Source of the DNA: an uncultured Poribacteria bacterium
GTDB taxonomy: Bacteria; Poribacteria; WGA-4E; WGA-3G
Direction of reading: 5' to 3'
Assembly: GCA_958296135.2 (NCBI GenBank)
Contig: CATQHZ020000001.1
Span: forward strand, 2,816,001-2,880,000
DNA length: 64,000 nt
Made by a program: the position numbers and the translations under genes. The notes beneath the pieces are model-generated. The model had not been told where the DNA came from, did no database searches, and was given only the letters and a program-made list of their open reading frames with translations. This document shows, piece after piece, positions 40,499 through 50,902 of the stretch (position 1 is its first letter; the number at the start of each line of letters is the position of its first letter).

Positions 40499-41899
40499 CT
40501 ACCGGCGAGTTGCGTTGACAAAGTCACGAAGTTCGTTAATGACTTCGGTATAGTGCCCAGTTAATTCACCGTAATTCTGAACAAACCCCTTAGACAGCTC
40601 TTCAAAATACCCTGCTAGCCTGCTTAGGGATTCCGCTAATTCTTCCCGAAGGGCTTTGTCCAGACTGTCAACGTGATTTTTCATATCCTCTTTGTTACGC
40701 TCAACGATGTTCCCAAGTTCTAGGGCAGTGTCTTCTAAAGTTTTCTGCAGTTGCTTACACTGTTCTGTCAGTGCACGGCGTTGTTTTTCCATACTCTTAT
40801 GGGAATCAACAATCGCTGCACTAACCGATCCTGAAAACTCCTTCGTGAGATCGTCTAGTTGCTTTGCAATGATCGGAAAGGCATCAATAGCCTGCTGACG
40901 CAATTTACTGAACGCCTCTAATTGACCGTTTAAAGTATGAAGGAGAGGCTCCAGTTTTGCCGCGCAGTCAACAATACTACTGCTCTGCTCGGCGATTGTC
41001 CTTGAAGAACTCTCTATCTTTTCCAACGAGTCGCGAGACCGTTCAATGCTAGCCGCGGCAATCTGGAATTCGGAGGCAAGTTTGACCATCTGCTGGCGGT
41101 ACTGTTTTTGCCATTCTACGGTTTGCCTGACAGCCTCGTTGAGTTGCTTGAAGTTGTCACCAAACTGCTCGGAGATTTTGGTGTTGAAGTCCTCAATGAC
41201 GGTTTTGAGGGCATCAATTAATTCCTCAGTAGCGAGTTTCGCGATACTTTCAGCAAGGTTCTGTGAAAATGTCTGAAATTCCTTTACCAATAGGTCGTGC
41301 TTTTCGGCGGAGGTAGTTGCCAGTGCTTGCAATTGCGCCGAGAGAGACGCTTCCATTTCCTTTAATGTCCGCCGGGTTTGACTCCCCTCTTCACTTTGCA
41401 TCGTCGTTAACTCGGTATGATTTTTGGTAACAACCGTTTTAATGCCTCCTAAACTCCCTCGGGTCTCTTGTCCCTCTCTTTCCACGGTTGTCGTTAATGC
41501 TTTTAACTGTGAGGCGAGATTGCTTTCGCCTGATGTCTCAACCTTTGTTAGCGCGTCAATAAACGCCTTAATCGCTGGGTCGTCCCCGTCTCTAGTTTTG
41601 GATAGAGCTACGAACTTCAAACCGAGCGCGGATCCGATTCCTACGAGAGAAGTGAGGAAGGCAAGTTTGAGTCCTTCTAGTAAGGGCCCAATGCTCCCTT
41701 CAATGTTCTCAACGTTGAAACCCAGAAGTCCGATGAAGATACCCAGGAACGTTCCAAAGATACCGAAAACCGTTAAAATCGAGGCCCACGCGTTAGTCCG
41801 TGTATGCCACGCGTTATCTTCCGTAGACAGTTTCCGCCAAGCGACAACCAACAGGCCCATTTGGAAGAAAACAAAGAGAGCAAGAAGCCAATTTCCCAT
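40499..41899 (-). CDS. zorA: Zorya ZorA (MotA/TolQ-like TM domain plus long helical tail)
   Basis: GIFGTFLGIFIGL, LLEGLKLAFLTS; DFNTKISEQFGDNFKQLN. Confidence 0.9.
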   Translation of the reverse strand: MGNWLLALFVFFQMGLLVVAWRKLSTEDNAWHTRTNAWASILTVFGIFGTFLGIFIGLLGFNVENIEGSIGPLLEGLKLAFLTSLVGIGSALGLKFVALSKTRDGDDPAIKAFIDALTKVETSGESNLASQLKALTTTVEREGQETRGSLGGIKTVVTKNHTELTTMQSEEGSQTRRTLKEMEASLSAQLQALATTSAEKHDLLVKEFQTFSQNLAESIAKLATEELIDALKTVIEDFNTKISEQFGDNFKQLNEAVRQTVEWQKQYRQQMVKLASEFQIAAASIERSRDSLEKIESSSRTIAEQSSSIVDCAAKLEPLLHTLNGQLEAFSKLRQQAIDAFPIIAKQLDDLTKEFSGSVSAAIVDSHKSMEKQRRALTEQCKQLQKTLEDTALELGNIVERNKEDMKNHVDSLDKALREELAESLSRLAGYFEELSKGFVQNYGELTGHYTEVINELRDFVNATRR

Positions 41900-41999
41900 C
41901 TAACATTCCTTAGCAGCGTAAAATAATACGTTAATTATTGCACGAAATGGACAAAAAGTCAAGAAAATTTTGCAAAACGCGCCAGGTTTTCAAAAATTC

Positions 42000-42689
42000 C
42001 TACGGATTGCAATGAAGGCACGGAGAGTAATATCGCTTGGCATCTTCCAATGATATGGAAATTTGACTTCTTCTCAAGAAACCGCACCCTGCACGATGAT
42101 ACTTACTTCCTGTTCGCGTGATGTAGACCGCGGTGTCAGCAGTTGGTAATGCCTGAGACGCTGTGACATCCCCACGAATGCTCTCCTTCACCTGCCACAA
42201 GCCTTTTTTCACCACCCGGGCGCGCCCTTCGTAGTACGAAAACTGTGAGAGGTGCGCGAATGGAACCAGTGTGCTCACCTGCGCATAGCCTTGCCGCACC
42301 ACCTCTAAATTCACGAATAGCCGATCCGGAGCTCGGTAAAGATACGCCTGCAAATCTTCAGCAGCTTCCGGCGCATTCGCCTCAAAGCGGAGATAGACAG
42401 ACTCACCAAGCAAGAGGTTGTGCAGGAACGCCGCCGCCTTTTCTCGCGCCACTTCAACCGGGTTATCAGGATGCATCACCTCTGGCATCTTCACGCCGAT
42501 GAGTTTGACACGCGTGGGAGTGCCTTCGTAGTGGAGCTCCACCGTGGCGGCATCGATGCCTTTGAGCACCGGGTAAGTAGTTTCGTCGGCGAACTCCGCA
42601 TCAGGATAGGGGAGTAGCCCGTTGTCGCTGTAGTCAACGGATACGAATCCGAAGACGAGTAGTAGTGCTAAGAATATTTTTAATTTCAT
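42000..42689 (-). CDS. Secreted thermonuclease-fold protein, copy 2; active site degenerate
   Basis: First ~100 aa nearly identical to copy 1; divergent C-terminus VYITRTGSKYH..C...PCLHCNP. Confidence 0.85.
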   Translation of the reverse strand: MKLKIFLALLLVFGFVSVDYSDNGLLPYPDAEFADETTYPVLKGIDAATVELHYEGTPTRVKLIGVKMPEVMHPDNPVEVAREKAAAFLHNLLLGESVYLRFEANAPEAAEDLQAYLYRAPDRLFVNLEVVRQGYAQVSTLVPFAHLSQFSYYEGRARVVKKGLWQVKESIRGDVTASQALPTADTAVYITRTGSKYHRAGCGFLRRSQISISLEDAKRYYSPCLHCNP

Positions 42690-42759
42690 GGATAAATCCT
42701 CCGTTGCAGACTTCGCAGTCGATCGCCGCGTTGCATTCTAGCCATGAGGCTGTGAGAAC

Positions 42760-42999
42760 TTAAAACGGAATATCATCATCGGAAATGCGTGCGCGGTTGG
42801 CCTCCGCGCCGGCTGAGGGCTGCATCGCGTATTGCGGCACGAAGGTGGCTCCCACCTGTCGGGCGCAGGTGTCAAGCAGCGTTTGGAGTGGCAAGCTGAC
42901 TGCGCCTTCGTGCGTGATGACATGGAAATCGTATTGCCGGAGTGCTGCGTAATAGTTGCGGAGTGCTTTGCTATTGGGGGTGAGGTTTAGGTCTCGCAT
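42760..42999 (-). pseudogene. N-terminal stub of a Type IIG/ISP-like RM enzyme, paralogous to the 8552 gene
   Basis: LTPNSKALRNYYAALRQY...THEGAV...LL...ARQ resembles IKPTHKPITNFYAELGQY...THEGAV...LL..YARQ. Confidence 0.75.
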
Positions 43000-43358
43000 A
43001 GAGATATGATAATAGAAGTGGGTTTAAATGTCAAGGGGAAAATGATTTAGTTCAGTTCTCATTTTCTCCAGGTCAGGACCAGGGGCTCTGCTCATAAGGA
43101 TGCTGTCCTCATGCGACAAAAAACGCGGCGCGAGGCATAAACCTTCGCGCAGCGTTCTGATGAATTGGCTGGTTATTGTTACAAACGCTTTGATTAGTTA
43201 TTAGCTTACGTAAAGTTAAAATCACGACTTGACATTTGGAGCGCGATATGCTATAATTTTTGTTAAGATATCTACACAGGCGTACCCCGTAGGCGCGGTT
43301 TTCCTAAGAACGCGCTTTCAAAGCGCGCCCACCGGCGGAAATATAGGAGGAGTGCAAT

Positions 43359-45002
43359 ATGGAAAATCGACAAAGGAGAACCTTCGGTACCCGAGGTCCC
43401 GTGAATCCGCAACAGCACTACGTTGTCGCGCGCCCAGAAGAGCTCGCGGATTTCATTTACCGTGTCAAAGAGGGACGCTACATCGTCATCTTTGCGCCGC
43501 GACAAACGGGGAAGACAACGTTTTTCCGCCGCGTCTTGGATACCGTCGCGGTGGAAGAACCGGACTATTTTCCGCTTGAACTGAATTTTGAGATGTATAA
43601 AAACCTCACCGCGGCGGCTTTTTACGCGAATCTCTATGAAGAGCTCCTAGAGGCAATTGAGGTAAGTTTCCAGTGGCAGGGGAGCGTTCCCTCTGAAGCT
43701 TTAACGCAATTTTTGGAGAGTGCAAAGCCCGCCGACCATCTCTCCCTGAGGCGTTTCTTTAGAAGGCTTCCGAGTCTGCTCGGTGCGCAGCGGGTGGTGC
43801 TCATCATCGACGAATTTGATGGCATTCCGCCGGTGGTCCTGAGTGATTTTCTTCATACGCTTCGGCGCATTTATCACACCGATTTGTCCATGCGGAGCCC
43901 TTACAGCGTTGGCATCGTCGGTGTGAAGGACATCACGCAGCTCAACTATGACAGGAGCATTTCGCCGTTTAATATCCAAGATGAATTCTTTTTGCCGCCT
44001 TTCACGCAGGAACAGGTGGCGGAGCTCCTTGGACAATACACGGCAGAAGTCGGACAAGCCTTCACGCCGGAAGTTGTTGAGACACTGCATCGGCAGACCG
44101 GGGGACAGCCGTTTCTCGTCAACCGTCTTGCGGAGATACTTACCGAGGAGATGGGTATCCCGAGAACCGAACCGATTACCCTCGTGCACTTTGCCAAGGC
44201 ACACACGACACTCCTGCATGAGGATAACGTCAACTTTAACCATCTCACAACCAATGTCCGGCGGGATGCGCGCTTTGAAAGCGTCCTGATGCAGATTGCG
44301 TCTGGGAAAGGGCTTCTCTTCACGCCGCGCAATGAAGTCATACGTGAACTGGCCACCTACGGTGTTATTCAAAGGGGGCGCGGTGGGATGTGTGAGATTG
44401 TCAACCCGATTTATCAGCGTTGCATTATGCAGGCGTTCCAACCCCCCATTAACGGATTGGAGCGGGACTATTTCCCGGAAGATACCTGCCCAAAGGGCTC
44501 GGATTATCTCACGCCGGCTGGGGAGTTGAACATGGAGTTGCTGCTGAATAACTTCCAGGACTTCATTGCCCGTGTCGGTTTTCGCATCCTCCAAGTTCCC
44601 GGCATTCCTAGGGAGTCGGTAGGGCAGCATTTGCTTGCAACCTACCTTGATGCGTTTGTGCAGATGGTGGGAGGTGACATGTATTTGGAACTGCCAACCG
44701 GGCGTGGCCGGATGGATCTGGTGGTGTTCCACAAGAATCGGAAATATATCGTCGAGATCAAACTTTGGCAAGGCGCGCAGAGTTATGAGGGCGGCAAGAA
44801 ACAGTTGGCAGCCTATCTCAAATCGGAGAAGGTTTCGGAAGGCTACTACGTCGTCTTCGATCATCGTCCGCATCCGGCACCTTGCTCCGAGACAGAAACG
44901 GTGGATGGGTTACGGATTCGGAGTTACGTGATTCCGGTGGTGCAGGAGCGGCCGGCCGATCTCTCGGAGGAAGAGGCGGCGTACAGGCAGTTTTCTCAAT
45001 AA
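43359..45002 (+). CDS. AAA-like ATPase with C-terminal PD-(D/E)xK nuclease domain
   Basis: Walker A APRQTGKT, Walker B LIIDEFD, GGQPFLVN, GRMDL...IVEIK; TTGACA/TATAAT promoter at ~43229-43257. Confidence 0.85.
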   Translation: MENRQRRTFGTRGPVNPQQHYVVARPEELADFIYRVKEGRYIVIFAPRQTGKTTFFRRVLDTVAVEEPDYFPLELNFEMYKNLTAAAFYANLYEELLEAIEVSFQWQGSVPSEALTQFLESAKPADHLSLRRFFRRLPSLLGAQRVVLIIDEFDGIPPVVLSDFLHTLRRIYHTDLSMRSPYSVGIVGVKDITQLNYDRSISPFNIQDEFFLPPFTQEQVAELLGQYTAEVGQAFTPEVVETLHRQTGGQPFLVNRLAEILTEEMGIPRTEPITLVHFAKAHTTLLHEDNVNFNHLTTNVRRDARFESVLMQIASGKGLLFTPRNEVIRELATYGVIQRGRGGMCEIVNPIYQRCIMQAFQPPINGLERDYFPEDTCPKGSDYLTPAGELNMELLLNNFQDFIARVGFRILQVPGIPRESVGQHLLATYLDAFVQMVGGDMYLELPTGRGRMDLVVFHKNRKYIVEIKLWQGAQSYEGGKKQLAAYLKSEKVSEGYYVVFDHRPHPAPCSETETVDGLRIRSYVIPVVQERPADLSEEEAAYRQFSQ

Positions 45003-45031
45003 TCGCCATGGGTGCCGTTGGGCGATTTGCA

Positions 45032-46498
45032 TCAATCCAACGGAAACATCGGCCGCCGAATTTCCTGATACGTAAAATGCTGCGGATTCACCGCTGTCAG
45101 CCCCGGTGTGTCCACCTCAATAATTTCGCCGGCGATAGGTTCGTAGGCGGCGCGGTAGGCAATTGCTGCCTTGACAACGATAATCTGCATCGCCTGCGGC
45201 TGAATGCCGAGGCTGAGCAACTGATGCAGGCTAAACGGCGTTTGTCGTTTGCTCGTTAGGACAACGAGTGCACGACACGGGGATGCTAATTCAATCACAG
45301 TTGTCAGGCCCTGATTATGATATTTGTGTCCGCCGTGCCGGGGTTCTGTCTCGACAAAATGCCCATCGTGAATGAGGCGGATGCTGCCGCGAATGGGAAT
45401 GGGTTCGCCGTGCAGCGTATCTGTCTTTCCACCGACGCTGAGCGCAACGTTTTCGCCAACACCGGTGTGCAGACATGTCTTCACACTCTCGGCATCACAG
45501 AGGACGACGACAAACCCTGCGGCCTTCTGTTTCAGCAGTTCTGCGAGAATAACGGTGCTATCCCCCGGCGAGCCGCCGCCGATGTTATCGCCCATTTCAA
45601 CGAGGATGACGGGATGCTTTTCGGAGTGGATGGCTTGCCGGACTGCCGCCGCTGCATCGGGCAAATCGAGCGTCAGTTGCCCGCGGACATGCCACAACAT
45701 ATCCGATAACCTGTCTGCTTCTCTTCGTGCAAGCCGTAGATTATCATCCGTGACGACGACGAAGGAGGGGCCTGCCTCAGGGACATCGGCGTAGGGATAC
45801 CCCGCGGCGACATTTGCGACAAGGACATCGTCCCGCGCCTCTAATTCAGCAGCGGCGTTAAGAATAGAATGCAGCGGCTCAGCACTCGTGTTTTGATAAC
45901 GGATATTGAGGAGCATCGGCGGTTTTGACAATGCCTGCGTCGGCGTGATGCCTTCACAAAGGATGCGGTTTAGCAGTGCCGCTGCCTGAAGCCCGCGTTG
46001 CCGCTGGTCTGTGTGCGGATTCGTCTTGTAAATCACAAGTGCTGTGGAGTGGGAAACCATCGCTTCGGAAACGTTGGCGTGATGGTCCAACGTGACAACG
46101 ATAGGCAATTCCTCCGGGAGAACCGTCCGCAGTCGGCGTAGTAATTCGCCATCCCCATCGGGATGACTCTCCACTACCATTGCTCCGTGCAGCGCGAGCA
46201 GTAATCCATCATATTTCGGTGCTGAAACGTTGAGACGTTGGATGAGCAGATCGGTGAGCCGGTCGAAAGCGGCATCAGTGACGCGGCCCGCTGGCGTTGC
46301 AGAAGCCATGAGGGTAGGATAGCGGCGGTTGCCGTGATGTGCGGCCCCGTGAATAAAACCGCCCATTTCATGGTGTGTGTCTGCCCAGGCATCGACTATT
46401 TCATCGCCAAGCGAGGTGTGAAACGCGTCAAAATCGGTTGGTGTATCGCTAAATGTGTTGGATTCGTGCATTATGCCGCCGATGGCAATCGTTTGCAT
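45032..46498 (-). CDS. M81 family metallopeptidase (MlrC-like)
   Basis: HESNTFS, LHGAM, DHHAN, PHTD, DNIGGG..GD. Confidence 0.9.
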   Translation of the reverse strand: MQTIAIGGIMHESNTFSDTPTDFDAFHTSLGDEIVDAWADTHHEMGGFIHGAAHHGNRRYPTLMASATPAGRVTDAAFDRLTDLLIQRLNVSAPKYDGLLLALHGAMVVESHPDGDGELLRRLRTVLPEELPIVVTLDHHANVSEAMVSHSTALVIYKTNPHTDQRQRGLQAAALLNRILCEGITPTQALSKPPMLLNIRYQNTSAEPLHSILNAAAELEARDDVLVANVAAGYPYADVPEAGPSFVVVTDDNLRLARREADRLSDMLWHVRGQLTLDLPDAAAAVRQAIHSEKHPVILVEMGDNIGGGSPGDSTVILAELLKQKAAGFVVVLCDAESVKTCLHTGVGENVALSVGGKTDTLHGEPIPIRGSIRLIHDGHFVETEPRHGGHKYHNQGLTTVIELASPCRALVVLTSKRQTPFSLHQLLSLGIQPQAMQIIVVKAAIAYRAAYEPIAGEIIEVDTPGLTAVNPQHFTYQEIRRPMFPLD

Positions 46499-46625
46499 AA
46501 GGTTCTCCGGGGACTCAACAGAATTGGGATTTTCGTCACTCCTGAAAAAATTCTTGACATATCGGTGCTAAATATGGTATCATATTTTTAGAATCTAAAT
46601 CATCAAAAACGTGAAGATTGGAATT

Positions 46626-47249
46626 ATGGTTTGTAGTGGGAAAAGCCAGATTGAATACGCCCTTGAGATTGCGGCGAAAGCGCATCAGGGACAATACCGG
46701 AAAGGCACTGACACGCCCTACATCTCGCATCCGTATGCTGTCGGGTTGCTGTTGACAGAGGCAGGTTGCACCGAGGCGGTTATTATCGCCGGCATTCTGC
46801 ACGATACCGTTGAAGATACGCCTCTGACGTTAGATTTCATTCGGGAGGCGTTTGGCGAGCAGGTTGCGACTATCGTTGATGGCTGTACTGAAAATAAAGG
46901 TTTGCGGTGGCGCGCCCGGAAAACGGAACGCATAGAGGCGTTGAGAACCGCCAGCATGGAGGTGTGTCTCGTTACGTGTGCGGACAAACTCCACAACCTG
47001 CGCACCATCATCTCAGAATATGAGCAGATTGGCGATGCGGTGTGGGAACGATTCCACGGCGAAGTGGCAGACCAGGCGTGGTATTATCGCAGCATGACGC
47101 ACGGGCTCCAGACACAGCTCACCTCAATAAAAAGTGGACAAAAACAAGGAGAATGTGATAAACTAGTTGCTAGCGTTGTTAATCGGCAATTCGATTCCAT
47201 CTTTCAACAGCTTCAGCGTGCTGTAGCCTATTTATTTAATGGAGAATAG
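46626..47249 (+). CDS. HD-domain protein, small (p)ppGpp hydrolase-like (Mesh1/SAH)
   Basis: AHQGQYRK, PYISHP, LHDTVED, ADKLHN. Confidence 0.85.
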   Translation: MVCSGKSQIEYALEIAAKAHQGQYRKGTDTPYISHPYAVGLLLTEAGCTEAVIIAGILHDTVEDTPLTLDFIREAFGEQVATIVDGCTENKGLRWRARKTERIEALRTASMEVCLVTCADKLHNLRTIISEYEQIGDAVWERFHGEVADQAWYYRSMTHGLQTQLTSIKSGQKQGECDKLVASVVNRQFDSIFQQLQRAVAYLFNGE

Positions 47250-47320
47250 GATGGACGCGGAACAAACCGTTTAGGCGCGCCTACCGGATTAGGATTTGCG
47301 TAAGTCATAGGAGAAAACCA

Positions 47321-48217
47321 ATGAAGATTGCGTATGCTTTTCGGCGATGTGCATCGTATCCGTATAACGGGCCTGGGTTACCCACCGATGCCTCGGAGAG
47401 ACGACAATTTTTGGCGAAAGCGAAAGAAATCGGGTTTGATGGGATAGAACTTCCGGCGATGAGCCTAGGGGACGCGGCGGTAAAAACGCTTCGCGCTGAA
47501 CTTGAGGATGCCGGTGTGCCGTGCGTTGCAATTCGCGGTGGCGGCGGAGCCGCGCATCCCCGCGTCGCTGCCGCCAACAAGGGACGGATGGAAGACGCTG
47601 TCCATTTTGCATCTAAAGTTGGCGCGAGCATCGTCAATTCTACCGTGACTACGCCGCCTCGCGACCCGAGTGGCAAAGGCACCTATCGCGGCGAATCGGT
47701 GTCGCAAGGTTCCAGCCGATATGCAAGCGAGGCGGATTATGAACGCACCGCGAGTGCCGTCGCGGATGTTGCCAACATCGCGGCAGAGCTCGGTGTAGAA
47801 ATTTCCATTGAAGTCCATCAAAACTCCATTGCGGATAACTCTTGGGCGACGTTGCATCTGCTTGAGTTGATTGATGCGCCGAACGTCGGCATCAATCCGG
47901 ACTTGGGCAACATCTATTGGACTTACGATATTCCGGAGGAATCGTGTGAGGATGCGATTGTCGCCCTCGCGCCGCGTGTCAACTATTGGCACTGCAAGAG
48001 CCTCTACCGCGTCCATATTCCGGATTTAGAGACGGCTATCTATTTGCAGGTGCCGCTGCACGATGGCGAAATTGACTACCGCTTCGCCATTGCCGCGCTG
48101 TTGGATGTCGGCTACGACGGTTATCTCGCGATTGAAGGTGTCCGCTACGGAGACCAGTTCCATCAGGACGGTGCCAGCGTCGCGTATGTCAAATCTGTGT
48201 TAGCCGAATTGGGTTGA
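47321..48217 (+). CDS. Sugar phosphate isomerase/epimerase
   Basis: GFDGIEL, IEVH, DLGN, GEIDY, GYDGYLAIE. Confidence 0.85.
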   Translation: MKIAYAFRRCASYPYNGPGLPTDASERRQFLAKAKEIGFDGIELPAMSLGDAAVKTLRAELEDAGVPCVAIRGGGGAAHPRVAAANKGRMEDAVHFASKVGASIVNSTVTTPPRDPSGKGTYRGESVSQGSSRYASEADYERTASAVADVANIAAELGVEISIEVHQNSIADNSWATLHLLELIDAPNVGINPDLGNIYWTYDIPEESCEDAIVALAPRVNYWHCKSLYRVHIPDLETAIYLQVPLHDGEIDYRFAIAALLDVGYDGYLAIEGVRYGDQFHQDGASVAYVKSVLAELG

Positions 48218-48280
48218 GACGTAATGCAGTGACATGCAGCGACTGTGGGGGACGGGCCTCCGCGCTACGGAAAATAAAAA

Positions 48281-49372
48281 ATGACACGACAGAAAATCCG
48301 CCTTACTGCCACCGTGAAATGCGCTGGGTGAGCGTCAAAACTGGCTCCGGGGGAGCTTGCACACGTTTTGAGCAATATACCCAGGTCGACGGACCCGCAC
48401 CTGCTTGTCGGTACCGAGACATCCGATGATGCGGGCATTTATCGGCTTTCCGATGAGTTGGCGCTCGTCAACACGGTGGACTATTTCACGCCGATTGTGG
48501 ATGAGCCTTACACGTTCGGTGCTATCGCCGCGACGAATTCGCTCAGCGATGTCTACAGCATGGGTGGCACGCCGAAAACGGCGTTGAACATCACCTGCTG
48601 GCCGAAGGCTGACTTGGAGTTATCGGTGCTCGGTGAAATCATCCGTGGCGGAACCGATAAGGTGCTTGAGTCGGGGGCTGCGCTCGTCGGTGGACATACC
48701 GTTGATTCGCCGGAGCTCATGTATGGGCTCGCCGTGACAGGCGTTGTGCATCCGGAGCGGTTTGTGAGAAACTATGGCGCGCGCCCCGGCGATGTGCTGA
48801 TTCTTACCAAGAAACTCGGCATCGGTATTTTGACGACTGGGTTGAAATTCAATAAGATTGGCGATGAAGTGTTGCCGAAGATAGTGGCATCCATGACACG
48901 CCTCAACGCTTACGCCTCCAAAGTGATGCTGAAATATGGCGCGCATGCCTGCACCGATGTCACCGGTTATGGATTGCTTGGGCACGGAATGGAGATGGCA
49001 GAAGGCAATAACGTTGCCTTGAGAATCGACAGTCGTGCTGTGCCGTTTTTTGCCGAAGCACCAGAACTCGTCGCACAAGATACCTACACGCAGGCGTATC
49101 TGGCGAATATGGCGTTTCTCGCTGATAAGGTCACCTTTCATTCGGGAGGTGGGGGCGGCCATGAACGACATCCGCCCCTACAAAACGGGGCTTCAATTGA
49201 CACGGTGCGCCATATCCTCATGGAGGCAGAAACCTCCGGCGGATTGCTCTTCGCGCTGTCTGCTGAACACGCGGATGCTGCGTTAACTGAACTGCACGCC
49301 GGCGATTGTCCGGAAGCCGCCATCATCGGTGAAGTTGTCGCGGCGGAAACGGCGCATATTGAAGTTTTTTAG
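48281..49372 (+). CDS. selD: Selenide, water dikinase; selenoprotein with in-frame UGA at 48329-48331
   Basis: MTRQKIRLTATVKCAG-UGA-ASKLAPGEL; DDAGIY, TVDYFTPIVD, GGHT, DVTGYGLLGH, ETSGGLL. Confidence 0.93.
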
Positions 49373-49497
49373 GCCGGGCGCGAAATTTCAATAGGCATTA
49401 CTTAGCAGAAGGCTATCTCTGCGTCAAGGTGCGCGGGGGAAACCCTCGGCAGTTAGTGACTGCCGGGCCCCCGCGCTACGCTTAATTTTAGAGATAA

Positions 49498-50025
49498 ATG
49501 ACAAAGACAGAACTTGCCACACACATTCGGGAAGCCGCCTATCTGACCGGGGAGTTTAAACTCCGTTCCGGCAAAATCAGCCACTTTTACTGGGACAAAT
49601 ACCGGTTTGAGAGCAATCCGGTCCTGCTGTCCGCTATCGCAAAGGAGATGACGAAACGGCTTCCCGGAAACATAGACGGCCTCGCCGGGTTAGAGCTCGG
49701 CGGCATTCCGCTCGCGACCGCGCTTTCCTTGCAAACTGGCCATCCCTGCTACTACGTCCGCAAGGCTCCAAAAGACTACGGGACTTGTAACCTTATTGAA
49801 GGCGGGGTGCCGAAAGGTGCCAATCTTGTCGTCATTGAAGATGTGATTACCACCGCCGGCCAGGTTTGCACCTCTATTGAGCAGATGCGCGCCGAAGGGA
49901 TTGTCGTTGAACACGTCATCGCCGCTATTGACAGACAGGCAGGCGGCGAAGAGAAAATCAAAGCACTAGGTTGCACGTTCGCGGCTGTTTTCACACTGGC
50001 AGAATTGAATGAGGTAACCTTTTGA
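49498..50025 (+). CDS. pyrE: Orotate phosphoribosyltransferase
   Basis: FKLRSG, RK..KDYG, VIEDVITT PRPP motif. Confidence 0.9.
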   Translation: MTKTELATHIREAAYLTGEFKLRSGKISHFYWDKYRFESNPVLLSAIAKEMTKRLPGNIDGLAGLELGGIPLATALSLQTGHPCYYVRKAPKDYGTCNLIEGGVPKGANLVVIEDVITTAGQVCTSIEQMRAEGIVVEHVIAAIDRQAGGEEKIKALGCTFAAVFTLAELNEVTF

Positions 50026-50798
50026 AGATACTTTTTATCGGAGACATCGTCGGAAATCCTGGGCGAAAAGCTGTCATTGATTTCCTTAAAAGACACCGCG
50101 CCAGTTATGATTTCATCGTGGCGAACGGCGAAAATGCCGCCGGTGGGAAAGGCATCACCTTTGAAATCACTGACGCGCTGTTCGCATTCGGTGTCTCCGC
50201 GATTACTACCGGAAACCACGTTTGGGATAACAAGGAGATTTTTGACTTTATTGAGACAACGCCGCATCTCATCCGGCCCGCGAACTATCCGGCGAAGGTG
50301 CCGGGGCGCGGGTGGACGCTCGTTTCGTCGGCGGACGGCGGGACGAAGTTGGGTATCCTGAACCTTGCGGGGCAGGTTTTCATGAAGGCGTACGCGAATC
50401 CCTTTCACGCGTTGGATGCGATTTTGCCAGCCCTCCAAGCGGAAACAAGGTTTGTGCTGCTTGATTTCCACGCCGAGGCGACTTCAGAGAAAATAGCGAT
50501 GGGGTGGTATGCCGATGGCCGCATCGGCGCGGTTGTTGGCACGCATACGCATGTCCAGACAGCCGATGCGCGCGTCTTACCCCGCGGCACCGCTTACATC
50601 ACGGATGTCGGTATGACCGGGCCTTACGATTCTGTTATTGGTGTCAAAACGGAGCCTATTCTGGAGCGGTTTCTCACGACGATGCCGGTACGGCAGATTG
50701 TCGCCAAAGGCAACGTCAAACTCTGCGCTGTCAGCATCGAATTGGACGACGATACGGGGATGGCCGTCAGCATCGAACCGATGCAATGCCAATTTTAA
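50022..50798 (+). CDS. TIGR00282/YmdB metallophosphoesterase
   Basis: GDIVG, NGENAAGG, GNH, DFHAEATSEK, GTHTHV, DVGMTG. Confidence 0.92.
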   Translation: MKILFIGDIVGNPGRKAVIDFLKRHRASYDFIVANGENAAGGKGITFEITDALFAFGVSAITTGNHVWDNKEIFDFIETTPHLIRPANYPAKVPGRGWTLVSSADGGTKLGILNLAGQVFMKAYANPFHALDAILPALQAETRFVLLDFHAEATSEKIAMGWYADGRIGAVVGTHTHVQTADARVLPRGTAYITDVGMTGPYDSVIGVKTEPILERFLTTMPVRQIVAKGNVKLCAVSIELDDDTGMAVSIEPMQCQF

Positions 50799-50873
50799 CA
50801 TGGCGAGGGCCAAAAGACGAAGATGTAGGTTGGGGATGTCCAAAACGCTAACGGGATAGTCTTGAAAAAAGAT

Positions 50874-50902
50874 TTGACATTTACGAGGAAACGTGGTATC
50901 AT
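50874..50902 (+). promoter_or_regulatory. Sigma70 promoter of the xseA operon
   Basis: TTGACA-17 bp-TATCAT with extended TG. Confidence 0.7.

Larger units (their letters stand above)
38277..42702. repeat. Direct repeat of about 310 bp (38277-38588 and 42391-42702), offset 4114 bp, bracketing Zorya
   Basis: Visual alignment shows only a few substitutions; includes the RBS. Confidence 0.9.
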
